A stretch of 64,000 nt of DNA. Source: an uncultured Anaerolineae bacterium. GTDB taxonomy: Bacteria > Chloroflexota > Anaerolineae > Fen-1058. This document shows positions 9,103 to 18,780 of this stretch, in pieces (the stretch's first letter is position 1; each line of letters begins with the position of its first letter). Where the stretch lies: positions 4,031-68,030 of the forward strand of contig CAYNML010000025.1 in NCBI GenBank assembly GCA_964398185.1. The letters run 5' to 3'. The position numbers were made by a program, and so were the translations under genes. The notes beneath the pieces are model-generated. The model was not told the DNA's origin. It made no database searches and saw only the letters and a program-made list of their open reading frames with translations.

Positions 9103-9609
9103 ATGGACATCCTGCATCTTATCGATCAACTCGAAGCGCTGCTGAACGAAGGCTCGCATCCGCCGCTGGTGGGCAAGCGCGTGCTGATTGACGAACAACG
9201 CGTGTGGGAAGTCATCGACCAGATGCGCGTCTCCATTCCCGAGGAGGTCAAGAAGGCCAAGCGCATCAACCAGGAGCGCGATCGCATCATCGCGCAGGCC
9301 AACGAGGAAGCTACCCGCATCGTCGAACTGGGACGCGATGAGGCGCAGCAACTGGCTTCGGAGACTGAAATCTCGAAACAGGCGCAGGCGCGCGCGCAGA
9401 CCATCGTGGAACGCGCCCAGCGCGAAGCCGACGCCCTGAAAGCAGACGCCGACGACTACACGATCCAGGTCCTGTCAAAACTGGAAGAAGATCTGGCCAA
9501 GGCGCTGAGCATCGTACGCAACGGCCTGCTGAAATTGAATACCGAAAAGGCCTACACCGACCGAGCAGGGCTGGACAACGGCTCGTCGGCGTCCGTACGA
9601 GTGTCTTGA
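9103..9609 (+). CDS. Hypothetical coiled-coil protein (ATP synthase b-subunit-like charged helix)
   Basis: A 168-aa E/K/R/A/Q-rich helical protein upstream of rpmF; it has none of the CxxC motifs of DUF177/YceD. Confidence 0.4.
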   Translation: MDILHLIDQLEALLNEGSHPPLVGKRVLIDEQRVWEVIDQMRVSIPEEVKKAKRINQERDRIIAQANEEATRIVELGRDEAQQLASETEISKQAQARAQTIVERAQREADALKADADDYTIQVLSKLEEDLAKALSIVRNGLLKLNTEKAYTDRAGLDNGSSASVRVS

Positions 9610-9706
9610 CATACATCACCCTTCTGCTATAATTCGCGCCCGGTCACGTGTGATGGGTCATACTTGGCCCCGTTACAGCATCTCGAAAGGAAAGCAGCAA
9701 CGCATC

Positions 9707-9922
9707 ATGACACCGCTACCAAAACGCAAGCATTCCAAGGGCCGGCGTAATCGCCGCCGGGCGCACTATAACCTGAAGCCGACCACGCTGGAACTGTGCG
9801 GACAGTGCAAGGAACTGAAGCTGCCGCATCGGGTGTGTCCAAACTGCGGCACGTACAATGGCCGCCAGGTCATCGACGTGCAGGCGCGTGACGAGCGCAA
9901 GAACCGCAAGAGCGCGCAGTAA
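9707..9922 (+). CDS. rpmF: 50S ribosomal protein L32
   Basis: MTPLPKRKHSKGRRNRRRAHYNLKP...CGQCKELKLPHRVCPNCGTYNGRQV is L32 with its zinc ribbon. ATG is at 9707. Confidence 0.85.
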   Translation: MTPLPKRKHSKGRRNRRRAHYNLKPTTLELCGQCKELKLPHRVCPNCGTYNGRQVIDVQARDERKNRKSAQ

Positions 9923-10107
9923 GCCCAACTCAGCCACGGGGCCGATCATGCAAGTGACGGCCTCGTGTGTTGTTTCTACTCATTCAGGCCAAGCGCTCAT
10001 CACCCGCGTCCGCGCGGGCTGCTTCGACCGCCGGGACGCGGTCGAAGCGCAATTGAGATAGCCCCCGGTGGGCGTTCCTTTAACAAATCTTTCTCAGGGT
10101 GAATGCC

Positions 10108-11046
10108 ATGAATCCTGCTCAGTTCGCCTTTCTGTTTCCCGGCCAAGGCTCGCAAGTGGTGGGTATGGGCCGGGAGTTGGTGGAAGCCTACCCTGAAGCC
10201 CGATCGATTTTTGCCCAGGCCGACGACGTCCTGGGCTTTGCCTTATCCCGATTGTGCTTCGAGGGCCCCGAGGCCGACTTGATGGATACCATCAACGCGC
10301 AGCCGGCCATCCTCACACACAGCATCGCCACGCTGCGCGTCATCGAGCAGATCGCGCCAGAGGTCAAGCCCGCGCTGCTGGCTGGTCACAGCCTGGGCGA
10401 GTTCAGCGCGTTGGTCGCCGCCGGCTCGTTGTCGTTTGAAGATGCCGTGCGGTTGGTGCGCGAGCGCGGTCGCCTGATGAAAGATGCCGGCAAAGCGAAT
10501 CCCGGTGCGATGGCCGCCGTCATGCCGTTAAGCCGCGATGTGCTGGACGAGGTGTGCCGGGAAGCCAGCGCGCTCGTGGGCAAGCCCGTACAGGTGGCTA
10601 ACGACAACAGCCCAGGTCAGATCGTGATTTCCGGTGATAACGCCGCGCTGGAAAAGGCGATGGAGTTAGCCAAAGCGCGCGGCGCGAAGCGCGTGGTCCG
10701 TCTGCAAGTCAGCATCGCTTCGCATTCGCCCTTGATGAAGATGGCCGCCCGATCGTTCCGCGGCGAACTCGACGCGATCTCCTTTGCACCGCCGCGTATC
10801 CCCGTCGTCGGCAATGTGTATGCCCGCCCGATCGAACTGGTGGACATCCGCGACGAACTGGAAGCGCAGCTCACCTCGCCCGTGCGCTGGACCGAATCGG
10901 TGCAGTACCTGGCGCAGCGCGGCGTGACAACGTGCATTGAGATCGGGCCGAAGGATGTGCTGGCTGGATTGGTGCGCCGCATCGATACTACCCTGACTGC
11001 GATGAGCGTGGGTGATCCCAGGGGCATCGAGTTGCTCTTGGCGTAG
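10108..11046 (+). CDS. fabD: Malonyl-CoA:ACP transacylase
   Basis: FAFLFPGQGSQ and GHSLGEFSAL are the FabD motifs. In-frame ATG 10108 has RBS AGGGTGA; the ORF track begins at GTG 10099. Confidence 0.85.
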   Translation: MNPAQFAFLFPGQGSQVVGMGRELVEAYPEARSIFAQADDVLGFALSRLCFEGPEADLMDTINAQPAILTHSIATLRVIEQIAPEVKPALLAGHSLGEFSALVAAGSLSFEDAVRLVRERGRLMKDAGKANPGAMAAVMPLSRDVLDEVCREASALVGKPVQVANDNSPGQIVISGDNAALEKAMELAKARGAKRVVRLQVSIASHSPLMKMAARSFRGELDAISFAPPRIPVVGNVYARPIELVDIRDELEAQLTSPVRWTESVQYLAQRGVTTCIEIGPKDVLAGLVRRIDTTLTAMSVGDPRGIELLLA

Positions 11047-11105
11047 AGGCGACTCTTGCGGTCGCCCGGGGCAGACGCCGGGCCTGATCCTACAAGGAAT
11101 GACTC

Positions 11106-12032
11106 ATGAACGACACACCGGCCAACGTGGGATTGCCAAAGATGCGCGTGGGCTTTATCGGCCTGGGGCTGATGGGCAAGCCGATGGCCGGCCACCTCGT
11201 CAGGGCCGGCTATCCGCTGACGGTGCACAATCGCAGCCGCGCCGCCGTCGATGAGTTGGTAGCCCAGGGAGCACAGGCCGCCACGTCGCCGCGCGAGGTG
11301 GCGGCCAACAGCGATGTGGTGATCACCATGCTGCCCGATTCGCCCGACGTCGAATCGGTGCTTGACGGGCCAGACGGTCTGCTGGCGGGCGCGCGCCCCG
11401 GCCTGATCCACATCGACATGAGCACCATCTCGGCCACGGCCACGCGCCGCATCGCCGCGCTGGAAGCCGAGCACGGTGTGGTGCACATCGACGCGCCGGT
11501 CAGCGGCGGCGACATCGGCGCAAAAAACGCGACGTTAACCATCATGGCCGGGGGCGATGAGTACGCCGCGCTGGCCGTGGAACCAATTTTCAAGGTGCTG
11601 GGCAAACGCATCACACACATCGGGCCGATCGGGTGCGGGCAGGTCGCCAAGGCCTGCAATCAGATCATGGTCGCCGCACAGATGGTGGCCATGGGCGAAC
11701 TGCTGATCATGGCTCAGAAGGCCGGGGCCGATCCCGAGAAAGTCGTGGAAGCCATCAAGAGTGGCGCCGCGCAGTGCTGGACACTGGACAACAAACCACA
11801 GCGTCTGTTTGCGGGAAATCGCGCACCGGGCTTCAAGGCGTCGATGCAGTACAAGGATCTCAACATCGTCATGGAGATGGCGCGCACTTACGGCGTCCCC
11901 CTGCCCGGCACGGCGGCGAACACGCAAGTGTTTAATGCCATGATCGCCAACGGGCTGGGCGATCAAGACAACTCAGCCGTAATTGGCGTCATTGAGCAGC
12001 TGGCCCACACGCTGTTGCAGACGCACGAATAA
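11106..12032 (+). CDS. NAD(P)-binding 3-hydroxyisobutyrate/tartronate-semialdehyde reductase family dehydrogenase
   Basis: N-terminal Rossmann motif GFIGLGLMGKPMAGHL, the HIBADH-family stretch DAPVSGG and a 6PGDH-like C-terminal helical domain. Confidence 0.75.
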   Translation: MNDTPANVGLPKMRVGFIGLGLMGKPMAGHLVRAGYPLTVHNRSRAAVDELVAQGAQAATSPREVAANSDVVITMLPDSPDVESVLDGPDGLLAGARPGLIHIDMSTISATATRRIAALEAEHGVVHIDAPVSGGDIGAKNATLTIMAGGDEYAALAVEPIFKVLGKRITHIGPIGCGQVAKACNQIMVAAQMVAMGELLIMAQKAGADPEKVVEAIKSGAAQCWTLDNKPQRLFAGNRAPGFKASMQYKDLNIVMEMARTYGVPLPGTAANTQVFNAMIANGLGDQDNSAVIGVIEQLAHTLLQTHE

Positions 12033-12126
12033 CCGTTCTCGCCGACAGATGCTTGCCGTGAAAGCACGGGGTGCTGGCAGAGGTCTGTCCGCTGAGGATG
12101 CGACTCACACCACCAGGGGAGGCAAC

Positions 12127-12870
12127 ATGTCGCTCTCGGGACAGCTTGCCGTCGTAACGGGCGGATCGCGCGGGCTGGGGCGCGGCATCGCGCTGGAGCT
12201 GGGCAAACGCGGCGCGAAGGTCGTGGTCAACTACAATACCAGCGCCGCCGCCGCCCACGAAGTGGTGCAGCGGATTAAGGACGCGGGCAGTGACGCGCTG
12301 GCTGTGCAGTCCGATGTCAGCCAGTATGATTCCGCGCAAAGCCTGATCAAAGCCGCGCTCGACTTCGGCGGGCGCGTGGACATCCTGGTCAACAACGCGG
12401 GCGCGACGCGCGACATGCTGCTGGCGCGGATGTCGGAAAACGACTGGGATACGGTCATCGCCACGAATTTGAAGAGCGCGTATAATTGCAGCAAAGCGGC
12501 GCTCAAGCCGATGATGCGGCAGACGTACGGTCGGATGGTGAATGTCTCATCGGTGGCCGGGCTGGCCGGTAATCCCGGCCAAACAAATTACTCCGCTTCG
12601 AAGGCGGGCCTGATCGGCTTCACCAAAGCGCTGGCGCGCGAAGTGGGCGCGCGGAACATCACCGTCAACGCCGTCGCACCGGGCTTCGTGCCCACCGACT
12701 TGACGTCCGTCGTCCCGCAACATCTGCTCAACGAAGCGCAGCAGCTCACGCCGTTGGGCCGCCTGGGCACGATCGAGGATGTGGCATGCGCCATTGCTTT
12801 TCTCGTGTCCGATGAAGCCTCGTTCATCACCGGGCAAGTGGTGCGCGTGGACGGCGGCATTGCGATGTAA
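12127..12870 (+). CDS. fabG: 3-oxoacyl-ACP reductase
   Basis: SDR motifs TGGSRGLG, NNAG and YSASKAG, with C-terminal ITGQVVRVDGG. Internal ATG 12127 is chosen; the ORF-track N-terminus (from 11983) is unrelated sequence. Confidence 0.85.
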   Translation: MSLSGQLAVVTGGSRGLGRGIALELGKRGAKVVVNYNTSAAAAHEVVQRIKDAGSDALAVQSDVSQYDSAQSLIKAALDFGGRVDILVNNAGATRDMLLARMSENDWDTVIATNLKSAYNCSKAALKPMMRQTYGRMVNVSSVAGLAGNPGQTNYSASKAGLIGFTKALAREVGARNITVNAVAPGFVPTDLTSVVPQHLLNEAQQLTPLGRLGTIEDVACAIAFLVSDEASFITGQVVRVDGGIAM

Positions 12871-12980
12871 CTTGCACAATTCGTTGGCGCGCAAGGCGGA
12901 CGACAGTCTGCCGCTGAACTGTCGTTCAGCGCGCGCACTCAGAGAAACAACCTAATTCGCCAAGCGAAAGGAGCGAGAGC

Positions 12981-13730
12981 ATGTCTCAACTGGAAGATCG
13001 AATCGCCGTGGTTACCGGGGGCGCGCAGGGCATTGGCCGCGCTATTGCGGAGTTGTTCGCCAGGCGCGGGGCGCACCTTGTCATTGCCGACATCAATCAG
13101 GAAAAGGCCGAAGCCACAGCCCAGGCCATTGCGGCCAACACCGGCCGCCGCGTCATCGCCGTCAAGACCAATGTCATCGACAGCGACAGCGCCCAGGCCA
13201 TGGCCGATCGCGCGATTGCGGAGTTTGGCCGGATCGATATTCTGGTCAACAATGCGGGCACGACGCGCGACAATTTGATCGTCCGCATCAGCGACGCAGA
13301 TTGGGATCTGGTGCTGGGCATCAACCTCAAGGGCGCGTTCAATTGCTCCAAGGCGGTGGTGCGCGGCATGATGAAGCAGCGGGCGGGCCGCATCGTCAAC
13401 ATCTCGTCGGTGTCGGGCCTGGCGGGGCAGGCGGGCCAGACCAACTACTCGGCGTCGAAGGCAGGCTTGATCGGTTTCACGAAGGCCCTCGCCCGCGAGG
13501 TGGGTTCGCGCGGGATCACGGTGAATGCCGTCGCGCCGGGCTTTGTGCCGACGGATCTGACCAGCGACATTCTGGCCAAGATGAAGGATGAAGCGATCAA
13601 GATGACGCCCTTGGGCCGCCTCGCCTCGGTCGAGGATATTGCCTACGCCGTCGGTTTTCTGGTGTCCGATGAAGCCTCGTTCATCACCGGGCAGGTGCTG
13701 AGCGTGGACGGCGGCATGGTGATGCAATAG
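12981..13730 (+). CDS. 3-oxoacyl-ACP reductase paralog (second FabG-like SDR)
   Basis: Highly similar to the preceding FabG (TGGAQGIGRAIA, NNAGTTRD, YSASKAGLIGFTKALAREVG identical block). A tandem paralog. Confidence 0.8.
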   Translation: MSQLEDRIAVVTGGAQGIGRAIAELFARRGAHLVIADINQEKAEATAQAIAANTGRRVIAVKTNVIDSDSAQAMADRAIAEFGRIDILVNNAGTTRDNLIVRISDADWDLVLGINLKGAFNCSKAVVRGMMKQRAGRIVNISSVSGLAGQAGQTNYSASKAGLIGFTKALAREVGSRGITVNAVAPGFVPTDLTSDILAKMKDEAIKMTPLGRLASVEDIAYAVGFLVSDEASFITGQVLSVDGGMVMQ

Positions 13731-13784
13731 GCGCTGCGGCGCGCCCGACAGACTGGCGAGGGCAAGCGGGATAAGGAGCACAGC

Positions 13785-14135
13785 ATGTACGAAGAGTCGC
13801 AGGGCACGATCACGATTGCCACGACGGTGCTGAACACCATCGCGCGGCTGACGGCGCTCAGCGTGCCGGGCGTGGCGCGGATGGGCAACAATGGTCAGCT
13901 GCTGCAGACCAACATCGGGACCAACATCAAAGTCGTCAACGACAAAGTGAAGGCCGACATCTTCGTGGTGGTCCGCGCGGATGCCAACTTCTACGAGACC
14001 GGCCAGAAGATCCAACAGGAAGTGACGCGCTCGATCAAGGAGATCGTCGGGATGGATGTGCAGGCCATTAACGTGTACATCCAGGATGTTGAGTATCCGC
14101 AGCCCGCGCCAGTCGCCGCCGACGCCGAGAAGTAA
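13785..14135 (+). CDS. Asp23/Gls24 family protein (second copy)
   Basis: TIATTVLNTIARLTALSVPGVARM... is the Asp23 family. Lies upstream of nusB as in Firmicutes. Confidence 0.7.
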   Translation: MYEESQGTITIATTVLNTIARLTALSVPGVARMGNNGQLLQTNIGTNIKVVNDKVKADIFVVVRADANFYETGQKIQQEVTRSIKEIVGMDVQAINVYIQDVEYPQPAPVAADAEK

Positions 14136-14166
14136 CCGGTTACGACCGCGAGCAAGTTGATTCATT

Positions 14167-14574
14167 GTGAAAGCCAGACAACACGGGCGCGTGGCCGCGC
14201 TGAAGGCCCTTTACGAACTCGATACGACGAACCATCCTGTGGGCGTGGTGCTGATCCAGCGGTTCGCCGAAGAACACCTGTCACCGGCAGGCGAGGAGTT
14301 CGCGCGCACACTGGTGACAGGCGTCCACGCACAGCGCGCCGCGCTGGACGCCCTGATCCAGCAGCACGCGCCGGAGTGGCCGGTCGATCAGATGGCCGTG
14401 GTCGATCGGAACGTGCTGCGCATCGCCATCTACGAGTTTCACATCGCCCATCTCACGCCCCTGAAGGTCGCCATCAACGAAGCGATCGAACTCGCCAAAA
14501 CCTTCGGCTCAGACAGCGCGCCGCGCTTTGTCAACGGCGTTCTCGGCGCGCTGGCCGAACCGGAGGTCTCGTAG
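14167..14574 (+). CDS. nusB: Transcription antitermination factor NusB
   Basis: NusB-like ALYELD..., [35 protein letters not shown]. Starts with GTG. Confidence 0.85.
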   Translation: MKARQHGRVAALKALYELDTTNHPVGVVLIQRFAEEHLSPAGEEFARTLVTGVHAQRAALDALIQQHAPEWPVDQMAVVDRNVLRIAIYEFHIAHLTPLKVAINEAIELAKTFGSDSAPRFVNGVLGALAEPEVS

Positions 14575-14580
14575 ATTACC

Positions 14581-15069
14581 ATGGAAGTTTTTGGAATCGG
14601 GCCGCTGGAAATTGTGCTCATCGCCCTGGTCGCCTTCATCGTGCTGGGGCCAGATCGCATTCCGGGCGTCATGCGCCAACTGGGCCAGTGGGCGCGCCAG
14701 CTGCGCGAACTGTCCCACAACATCACGCGCGATTACAACACCGAGATCCGCGAGATCACCGGCGAGATTACGGCCCTGCAGGACGAGATCCGCAGCATCC
14801 AGCGCGATCTGGGCAGCCTCGCCACGGGCGTCATGCTGCCGCCGGTAGACGGCGTTCCGCCCGCCCGATCGAACACGGCGGCCCCGGCAGAACCGATCGG
14901 GCCGGAGCAGTCCGCCACGAAGCGCCAGGCGCTGACGGCTGACATCAAACGCGCCAGCCCGGCGGCGCCCGCGCCGCAAGCGTCGCCGCTGCCGGCAATG
15001 GAAACATCAACACCGTCCGCCGCGGCGCCGGCAGCCGGCCGGCAGCCTGAAGATTCCTTCGAGATATGA
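14581..15069 (+). CDS. tatA: Twin-arginine translocase TatA/TatB family protein
   Basis: MEVFGIGPLEIVLIALVAFIVLGPDRIP is the TatA/B TM-amphipathic signature, followed by a long Pro/Ala-rich tail. Confidence 0.75.
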   Translation: MEVFGIGPLEIVLIALVAFIVLGPDRIPGVMRQLGQWARQLRELSHNITRDYNTEIREITGEITALQDEIRSIQRDLGSLATGVMLPPVDGVPPARSNTAAPAEPIGPEQSATKRQALTADIKRASPAAPAPQASPLPAMETSTPSAAAPAAGRQPEDSFEI

Positions 15070-15773
15070 GCGATCTCCGCGATTCCAAGACGATGCCCAT
15101 CATCGGGCACCTGCGCGAACTGCGCAACACGCTGATCAAATGCGTGATCGTGCTGCTCGTCACTTCGGCCATCTCGCTGGCGTTCACCACGCAGATCCTG
15201 CAGTTTCTCATTGCGCCCTACGGCGGCATCCTGGAAACGATCGATCCCACTGAGAACGTGACCACTTACTTTCGTGTCGCGCTGATGTCCGGCGCGGTGC
15301 TGGCGATGCCGTTCCTGGTGTACTTCATCTGGTCATTCATCGCGCCGGGCCTGGAAGACAAAGAGAAACGCTATGTGCGCATCATTGTGCCGGGCGCAAC
15401 CCTCTTGTTCATGCTGGGCGTGGCCTTTGCGTGGGCCATCATGCTCCCCGCCGCCATCGGTTTCCTGTCCACGTTTGAGCCGGAGATCTTCAAGACCAGT
15501 TGGCGCGCGGCGGCTTACATCCCCTTCGTCACGTCGCTGATGTTCTGGATCGGCGTGGCCTTTCAACTGCCGCTGATCGTCTTCTTCCTCGCCAAGCTGA
15601 AGATCGTGACGGCGCAGAAGCTGCTGAGCGGGTGGCGCTTTGCCTTCGTCGGCGCGGCCATCGTGGCCGCCTTGATCACGCCCACCGTCGATCCGTTCAA
15701 CATGGCGCTGGTCATGGCCCCGTTGATCTTCCTGTATTTCCTCAGCATTGCACTGGCGAAAGTCGCACGGTGA
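15066..15773 (+). CDS. tatC: Twin-arginine translocase subunit TatC
   Basis: Six-TM TatC-like protein with HLRELR near the N-terminus; overlaps the tatA stop (ATGA coupling). Confidence 0.85.
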   Translation: MSDLRDSKTMPIIGHLRELRNTLIKCVIVLLVTSAISLAFTTQILQFLIAPYGGILETIDPTENVTTYFRVALMSGAVLAMPFLVYFIWSFIAPGLEDKEKRYVRIIVPGATLLFMLGVAFAWAIMLPAAIGFLSTFEPEIFKTSWRAAAYIPFVTSLMFWIGVAFQLPLIVFFLAKLKIVTAQKLLSGWRFAFVGAAIVAALITPTVDPFNMALVMAPLIFLYFLSIALAKVAR

Positions 15774-15779
15774 CGCAGC

Positions 15780-16253
15780 ATGTCCGCACCCGCCTTTCAA
15801 GACTTCTATCCTGATCACCTGAGTTATTGCTACGGCTGCGGCCGCCTCAACGAACACGGCTTGCAGATCAAGAGTTACTGGGACGGCGATGAGACGATCT
15901 GCACCTTCACGCCGCGCCCCGAACACATGGCGCTTCCGGGCTACGTCTACGGCGGATTGATCGCTTCGTTGATCGATTGCCACTGCACCGGCACGGCGGC
16001 TGCGGCTGCGTATCGCGCCGCGGGACGCGAGATGGGCAGCGAGCCGCCTTTTCGGTTCGTCACGGCCGCGCTGCACGTTGATTACGTGCGCCCCACCCCA
16101 TTGGGCGTACCGTTGGAGATTCGCGCCCGCGTCACCGAACTGAAGGGCCGCAAGGTGGTGATGGAAGCCACATTATCAGCAGAGGGGCAAGTCTGCGCGC
16201 GCGGCGAAGTGGTGGCGGTGCAGATGCCAGAACATCTGGCTGACGCTGGTTAG
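15780..16253 (+). CDS. PaaI/4HBT-type hotdog-fold thioesterase
   Basis: PGYVYGGLIASLIDCHCTG is the PaaI thioesterase motif. 157 aa. Confidence 0.65.
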   Translation: MSAPAFQDFYPDHLSYCYGCGRLNEHGLQIKSYWDGDETICTFTPRPEHMALPGYVYGGLIASLIDCHCTGTAAAAAYRAAGREMGSEPPFRFVTAALHVDYVRPTPLGVPLEIRARVTELKGRKVVMEATLSAEGQVCARGEVVAVQMPEHLADAG

Positions 16254-16466
16254 GATTGATACGTGATGGCCGCTAACCCGCTCCTATGAAGAGGCGGTCG
16301 AAGAGGCATTGTGCTTCGGCGGGATTAACGGGGTGATGCACCGCATCAAAGTCAAAACCAAACGGGACGTCGCCGACATCCCGCCGCTGCTGTGAATTAA
16401 GCGGCGGCCTCGACCCCAGTCCGCAAATTGACAGACGCCCCATCCTCAGATAAACTGATAGGCGAG

Positions 16467-16487
16467 CCTCACGCATTACGCATTACG
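16467..16487. repeat. Heptamer tandem repeat (CCTCACG)(CATTACG)(CATTACG)
   Basis: 7-bp period NNNNACG x3 immediately upstream of ATG 16493 (within 6 nt). Same family as the arrays at 36677 and 62825. Confidence 0.6.
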
Positions 16488-16492
16488 CCATC

Positions 16493-17221
16493 ATGTCCAA
16501 ACATATTCACGACCTCATCAGCAACATCGGCAAAGTCAGCCACCGCGAAGAAATCGAGCGCAGCGGGCTGGACCCCAAACTCGCTTTGCTGCGCGTGTGG
16601 CAGGGCGAGCGGCTGGCACGCACCTACGCCGACCTGCTCGATCAGCCGCGCTATCGTCCCGCCTGCCTGTTCTTCCTCGACGACATCTACGCCGCCCGCG
16701 ATTTCAGCCAGCGCGATCATGATCTGGAAACGATGTATGACTTCATGCGCCGCTTTGTGCCGGACGCCGTCTCGCGCCCGGCCGCGCTGACGATCAAGCT
16801 GCATCGCATGAGCGAAGCGCTGGATCGCAAGTTGTTGGACGTGCTGGCGAATCAACTGGGCATCACGGACTCGATCACGGTGGAGCAGTACGCCGAGGCA
16901 TATCGGCGCTGTAACAACTACCAGGAACGCGTGGAGCAGATCGACGCCATCATTGATATTTGCGAACACATCGACAGTATCGTGCGCAATCCCATTACCG
17001 GCCCGGCGCTGGGCATCGCCAAGCGGCCGCTGCGCGGGGCGGGTTACGGCGAAGTGGTGTCATTCCTGGAGCGCGGGTACGACAGCTTCAAACGGATGCA
17101 CGGCTCGCGCCACTTCCGCAAGACGCTGCAAGAGCGCGAAATGGGCATCCTCGATCGGTTCTATGCCCACGATCCTGATCCCTTCCGGTTTGAGATGTCC
17201 CTGCCGGCCGCCGCGGAGTAA
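16493..17221 (+). CDS. Hypothetical protein
   Basis: 242-aa ORF with coding-like codon usage and no recognisable motif. Confidence 0.4.
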   Translation: MSKHIHDLISNIGKVSHREEIERSGLDPKLALLRVWQGERLARTYADLLDQPRYRPACLFFLDDIYAARDFSQRDHDLETMYDFMRRFVPDAVSRPAALTIKLHRMSEALDRKLLDVLANQLGITDSITVEQYAEAYRRCNNYQERVEQIDAIIDICEHIDSIVRNPITGPALGIAKRPLRGAGYGEVVSFLERGYDSFKRMHGSRHFRKTLQEREMGILDRFYAHDPDPFRFEMSLPAAAE

Positions 17222-17307
17222 TCCGTGAAGCGCAGATCTGCCGATCGGGTTGGAGAAAACCTGATATTGATCCTATTGAACAGATGACAGTCAGATAGCA
17301 CGTCCGA

Positions 17308-17337
17308 TTGACCCCCCTGCCTGATCGGCGGTACAAT
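17308..17337 (+). promoter_or_regulatory. Sigma70-like promoter TTGACC-18-TACAAT upstream of the patatin gene
   Basis: TTGACC at 17308-17313 and TACAAT at 17332-17337 with an 18-bp spacer, 32 bp before ATG 17369. Confidence 0.45.
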
Positions 17338-17368
17338 CTACGTAACCCCTCAGCCCAAGGCAGGAACC

Positions 17369-18724
17369 ATGCGTTCACCGTTGCGCAACCATCGCGGTAA
17401 AACGGCGCTCGTGCTGGCCGGCGGCGGCCTCTCTGGCGCGATGTACGAAATCGGCGCGCTGCGCGCCATCGATGACATTCTGACCGATCGCACCGTCAAC
17501 GACTTTGACATCTACGTGGGCACCAGCGCCGGGGCCATTGTGTGCGCGCTGCTGGCCAACGGCGCCACGCCGGAGATGATGCTGCAAGGGTTGTCCGGCG
17601 ATCTGCCCGGCATCCGGCCCATCGAACGCCGCGATCTATTCCACCTGAACGTGCAGGATGTGTTGAAATTAGGCATCAAACTGCCGCGCACCCTGTTGGG
17701 CGCGTGGACGCATTATCTGCGCTACATTACCGACATCACGCTGTTCGATCTGTTGTGGTCTGTCTCGGAGGCGCTGCCCACCGGCATGTACGACAGTCTG
17801 GCGCTGGAAGCCTACATGCGCGAGATTATCAACAACTTCGGCGGCGTCAACGATTTCACCCGGCTGCGCCCGGAATTGCACATCGTCGCCACCGATCTCG
17901 ACTCGGGCAAGCGCGCCGTGTTCGGGCCGGACAGCAACCAGGCGGTGCCCATCTCGCTGGCGATTGCGGCCTCGACGGCGGTGCCGCTGCTCTATCGGCC
18001 GGTACGCATCGCCGATCACGACTACGTCGACGGCAGTGTGCGCGGCAATGCCAGCGTCGATCTGGCCGTCGAGCGCGGCGCCACACTGGTCATCGTGATC
18101 AATCCGCTGGTGCCGTTTGACAATAGCGATCACCGCTCGGTGCCTTTTATCGGCCCCGATGGCAGTTATCTCAGCGACAAGGGCTTGACGGGCGTCGCGC
18201 AGCAGGTGGGGCGCATCCAATCACACGGCGGCTTGATCTATCACATCAAGCAATTGCGCAAGACGCACCCCGAAGTGGACATCGTGCTCATCGAGCCAAC
18301 CCAGCGCGACTACCAGATGACGTTCTCCAACATCATGCGTTATTCCACGCGCCTGACGCTGGCGCGGCACGGTTTCGAAACTGTCACGCTGAATCTGGCG
18401 GAGAATTACGCTCATTTCGACACGCTGCTCAGCCGCCACGGCATCCCCATCTCCGAGGCGCTGGTGGACGAGGAACTGGAAGCAATCCGCGCGGCCGACA
18501 ACCGGCCGGGCGTGTTGCAGCGCATTCTGGAACGCCGCCCGGTGCAACTGAAGCGATCGGCCAGGCCGACAACGGTGACCGAATCGTTGTCGAACCTCAG
18601 TGACACGCTGGATGAGCTCGACGCGATCTTGAGCGATTGGCCGAATCGTGAAAGCCGACGAGCCGCGCATCCCTTGCCAGCCGATATTATTGGCGCGCGC
18701 ACCCCGGCGCGATCGCACGAGTGA
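17369..18724 (+). CDS. Patatin-like phospholipase with ~150-aa C-terminal extension
   Basis: Oxyanion hole LAGGGLSG, nucleophile elbow GTSAG and the Asp of the catalytic dyad in DGSV. Confidence 0.8.
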   Translation: MRSPLRNHRGKTALVLAGGGLSGAMYEIGALRAIDDILTDRTVNDFDIYVGTSAGAIVCALLANGATPEMMLQGLSGDLPGIRPIERRDLFHLNVQDVLKLGIKLPRTLLGAWTHYLRYITDITLFDLLWSVSEALPTGMYDSLALEAYMREIINNFGGVNDFTRLRPELHIVATDLDSGKRAVFGPDSNQAVPISLAIAASTAVPLLYRPVRIADHDYVDGSVRGNASVDLAVERGATLVIVINPLVPFDNSDHRSVPFIGPDGSYLSDKGLTGVAQQVGRIQSHGGLIYHIKQLRKTHPEVDIVLIEPTQRDYQMTFSNIMRYSTRLTLARHGFETVTLNLAENYAHFDTLLSRHGIPISEALVDEELEAIRAADNRPGVLQRILERRPVQLKRSARPTTVTESLSNLSDTLDELDAILSDWPNRESRRAAHPLPADIIGARTPARSHE

Positions 18725-18743
18725 ACCGGCCTGGCTGCCAATG

Positions 18744-18773
18744 AAAACCGGGGCTCATCCAAGCCCCGGTTTC
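18744..18773. terminator. Bidirectional rho-independent terminator
   Basis: AAACCGGGGCT-catcca-AGCCCCGGTTT with flanking A/T runs, between the convergent patatin and acyltransferase genes. Confidence 0.7.
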
Positions 18774-18780
18774 GCGTGGT

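Noticed and set aside
10020-10048. Hairpin GCTTCGACCGC-cgggac-GCGGTCGAAGC after rpmF
   Set aside because: An 11-bp stem but no downstream U-tract, and it lies inside a possible small ORF (9958..10061). It may be a processing or attenuation structure but cannot be called a terminator from sequence alone.
9958-10061. 34-aa ORF between rpmF and fabD
   Set aside because: Short, no RBS, and overlaps the hairpin above. It is likely non-coding; plsX, which often follows rpmF, is absent.
12939-14165. 408-aa minus-strand ORF antisense to fabG paralog / Asp23 / nusB start
   Set aside because: Low-complexity R/A/G/D/H-rich translation with no motifs, lying exactly antisense to well-supported genes. 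This is the typical GC-rich spurious frame.
16254-16466. Possible riboswitch or sRNA in the 239-bp intergenic region before the hypothetical gene
   Set aside because: No recognisable conserved riboswitch core or terminator hairpin could be identified by eye, so it is left unannotated.
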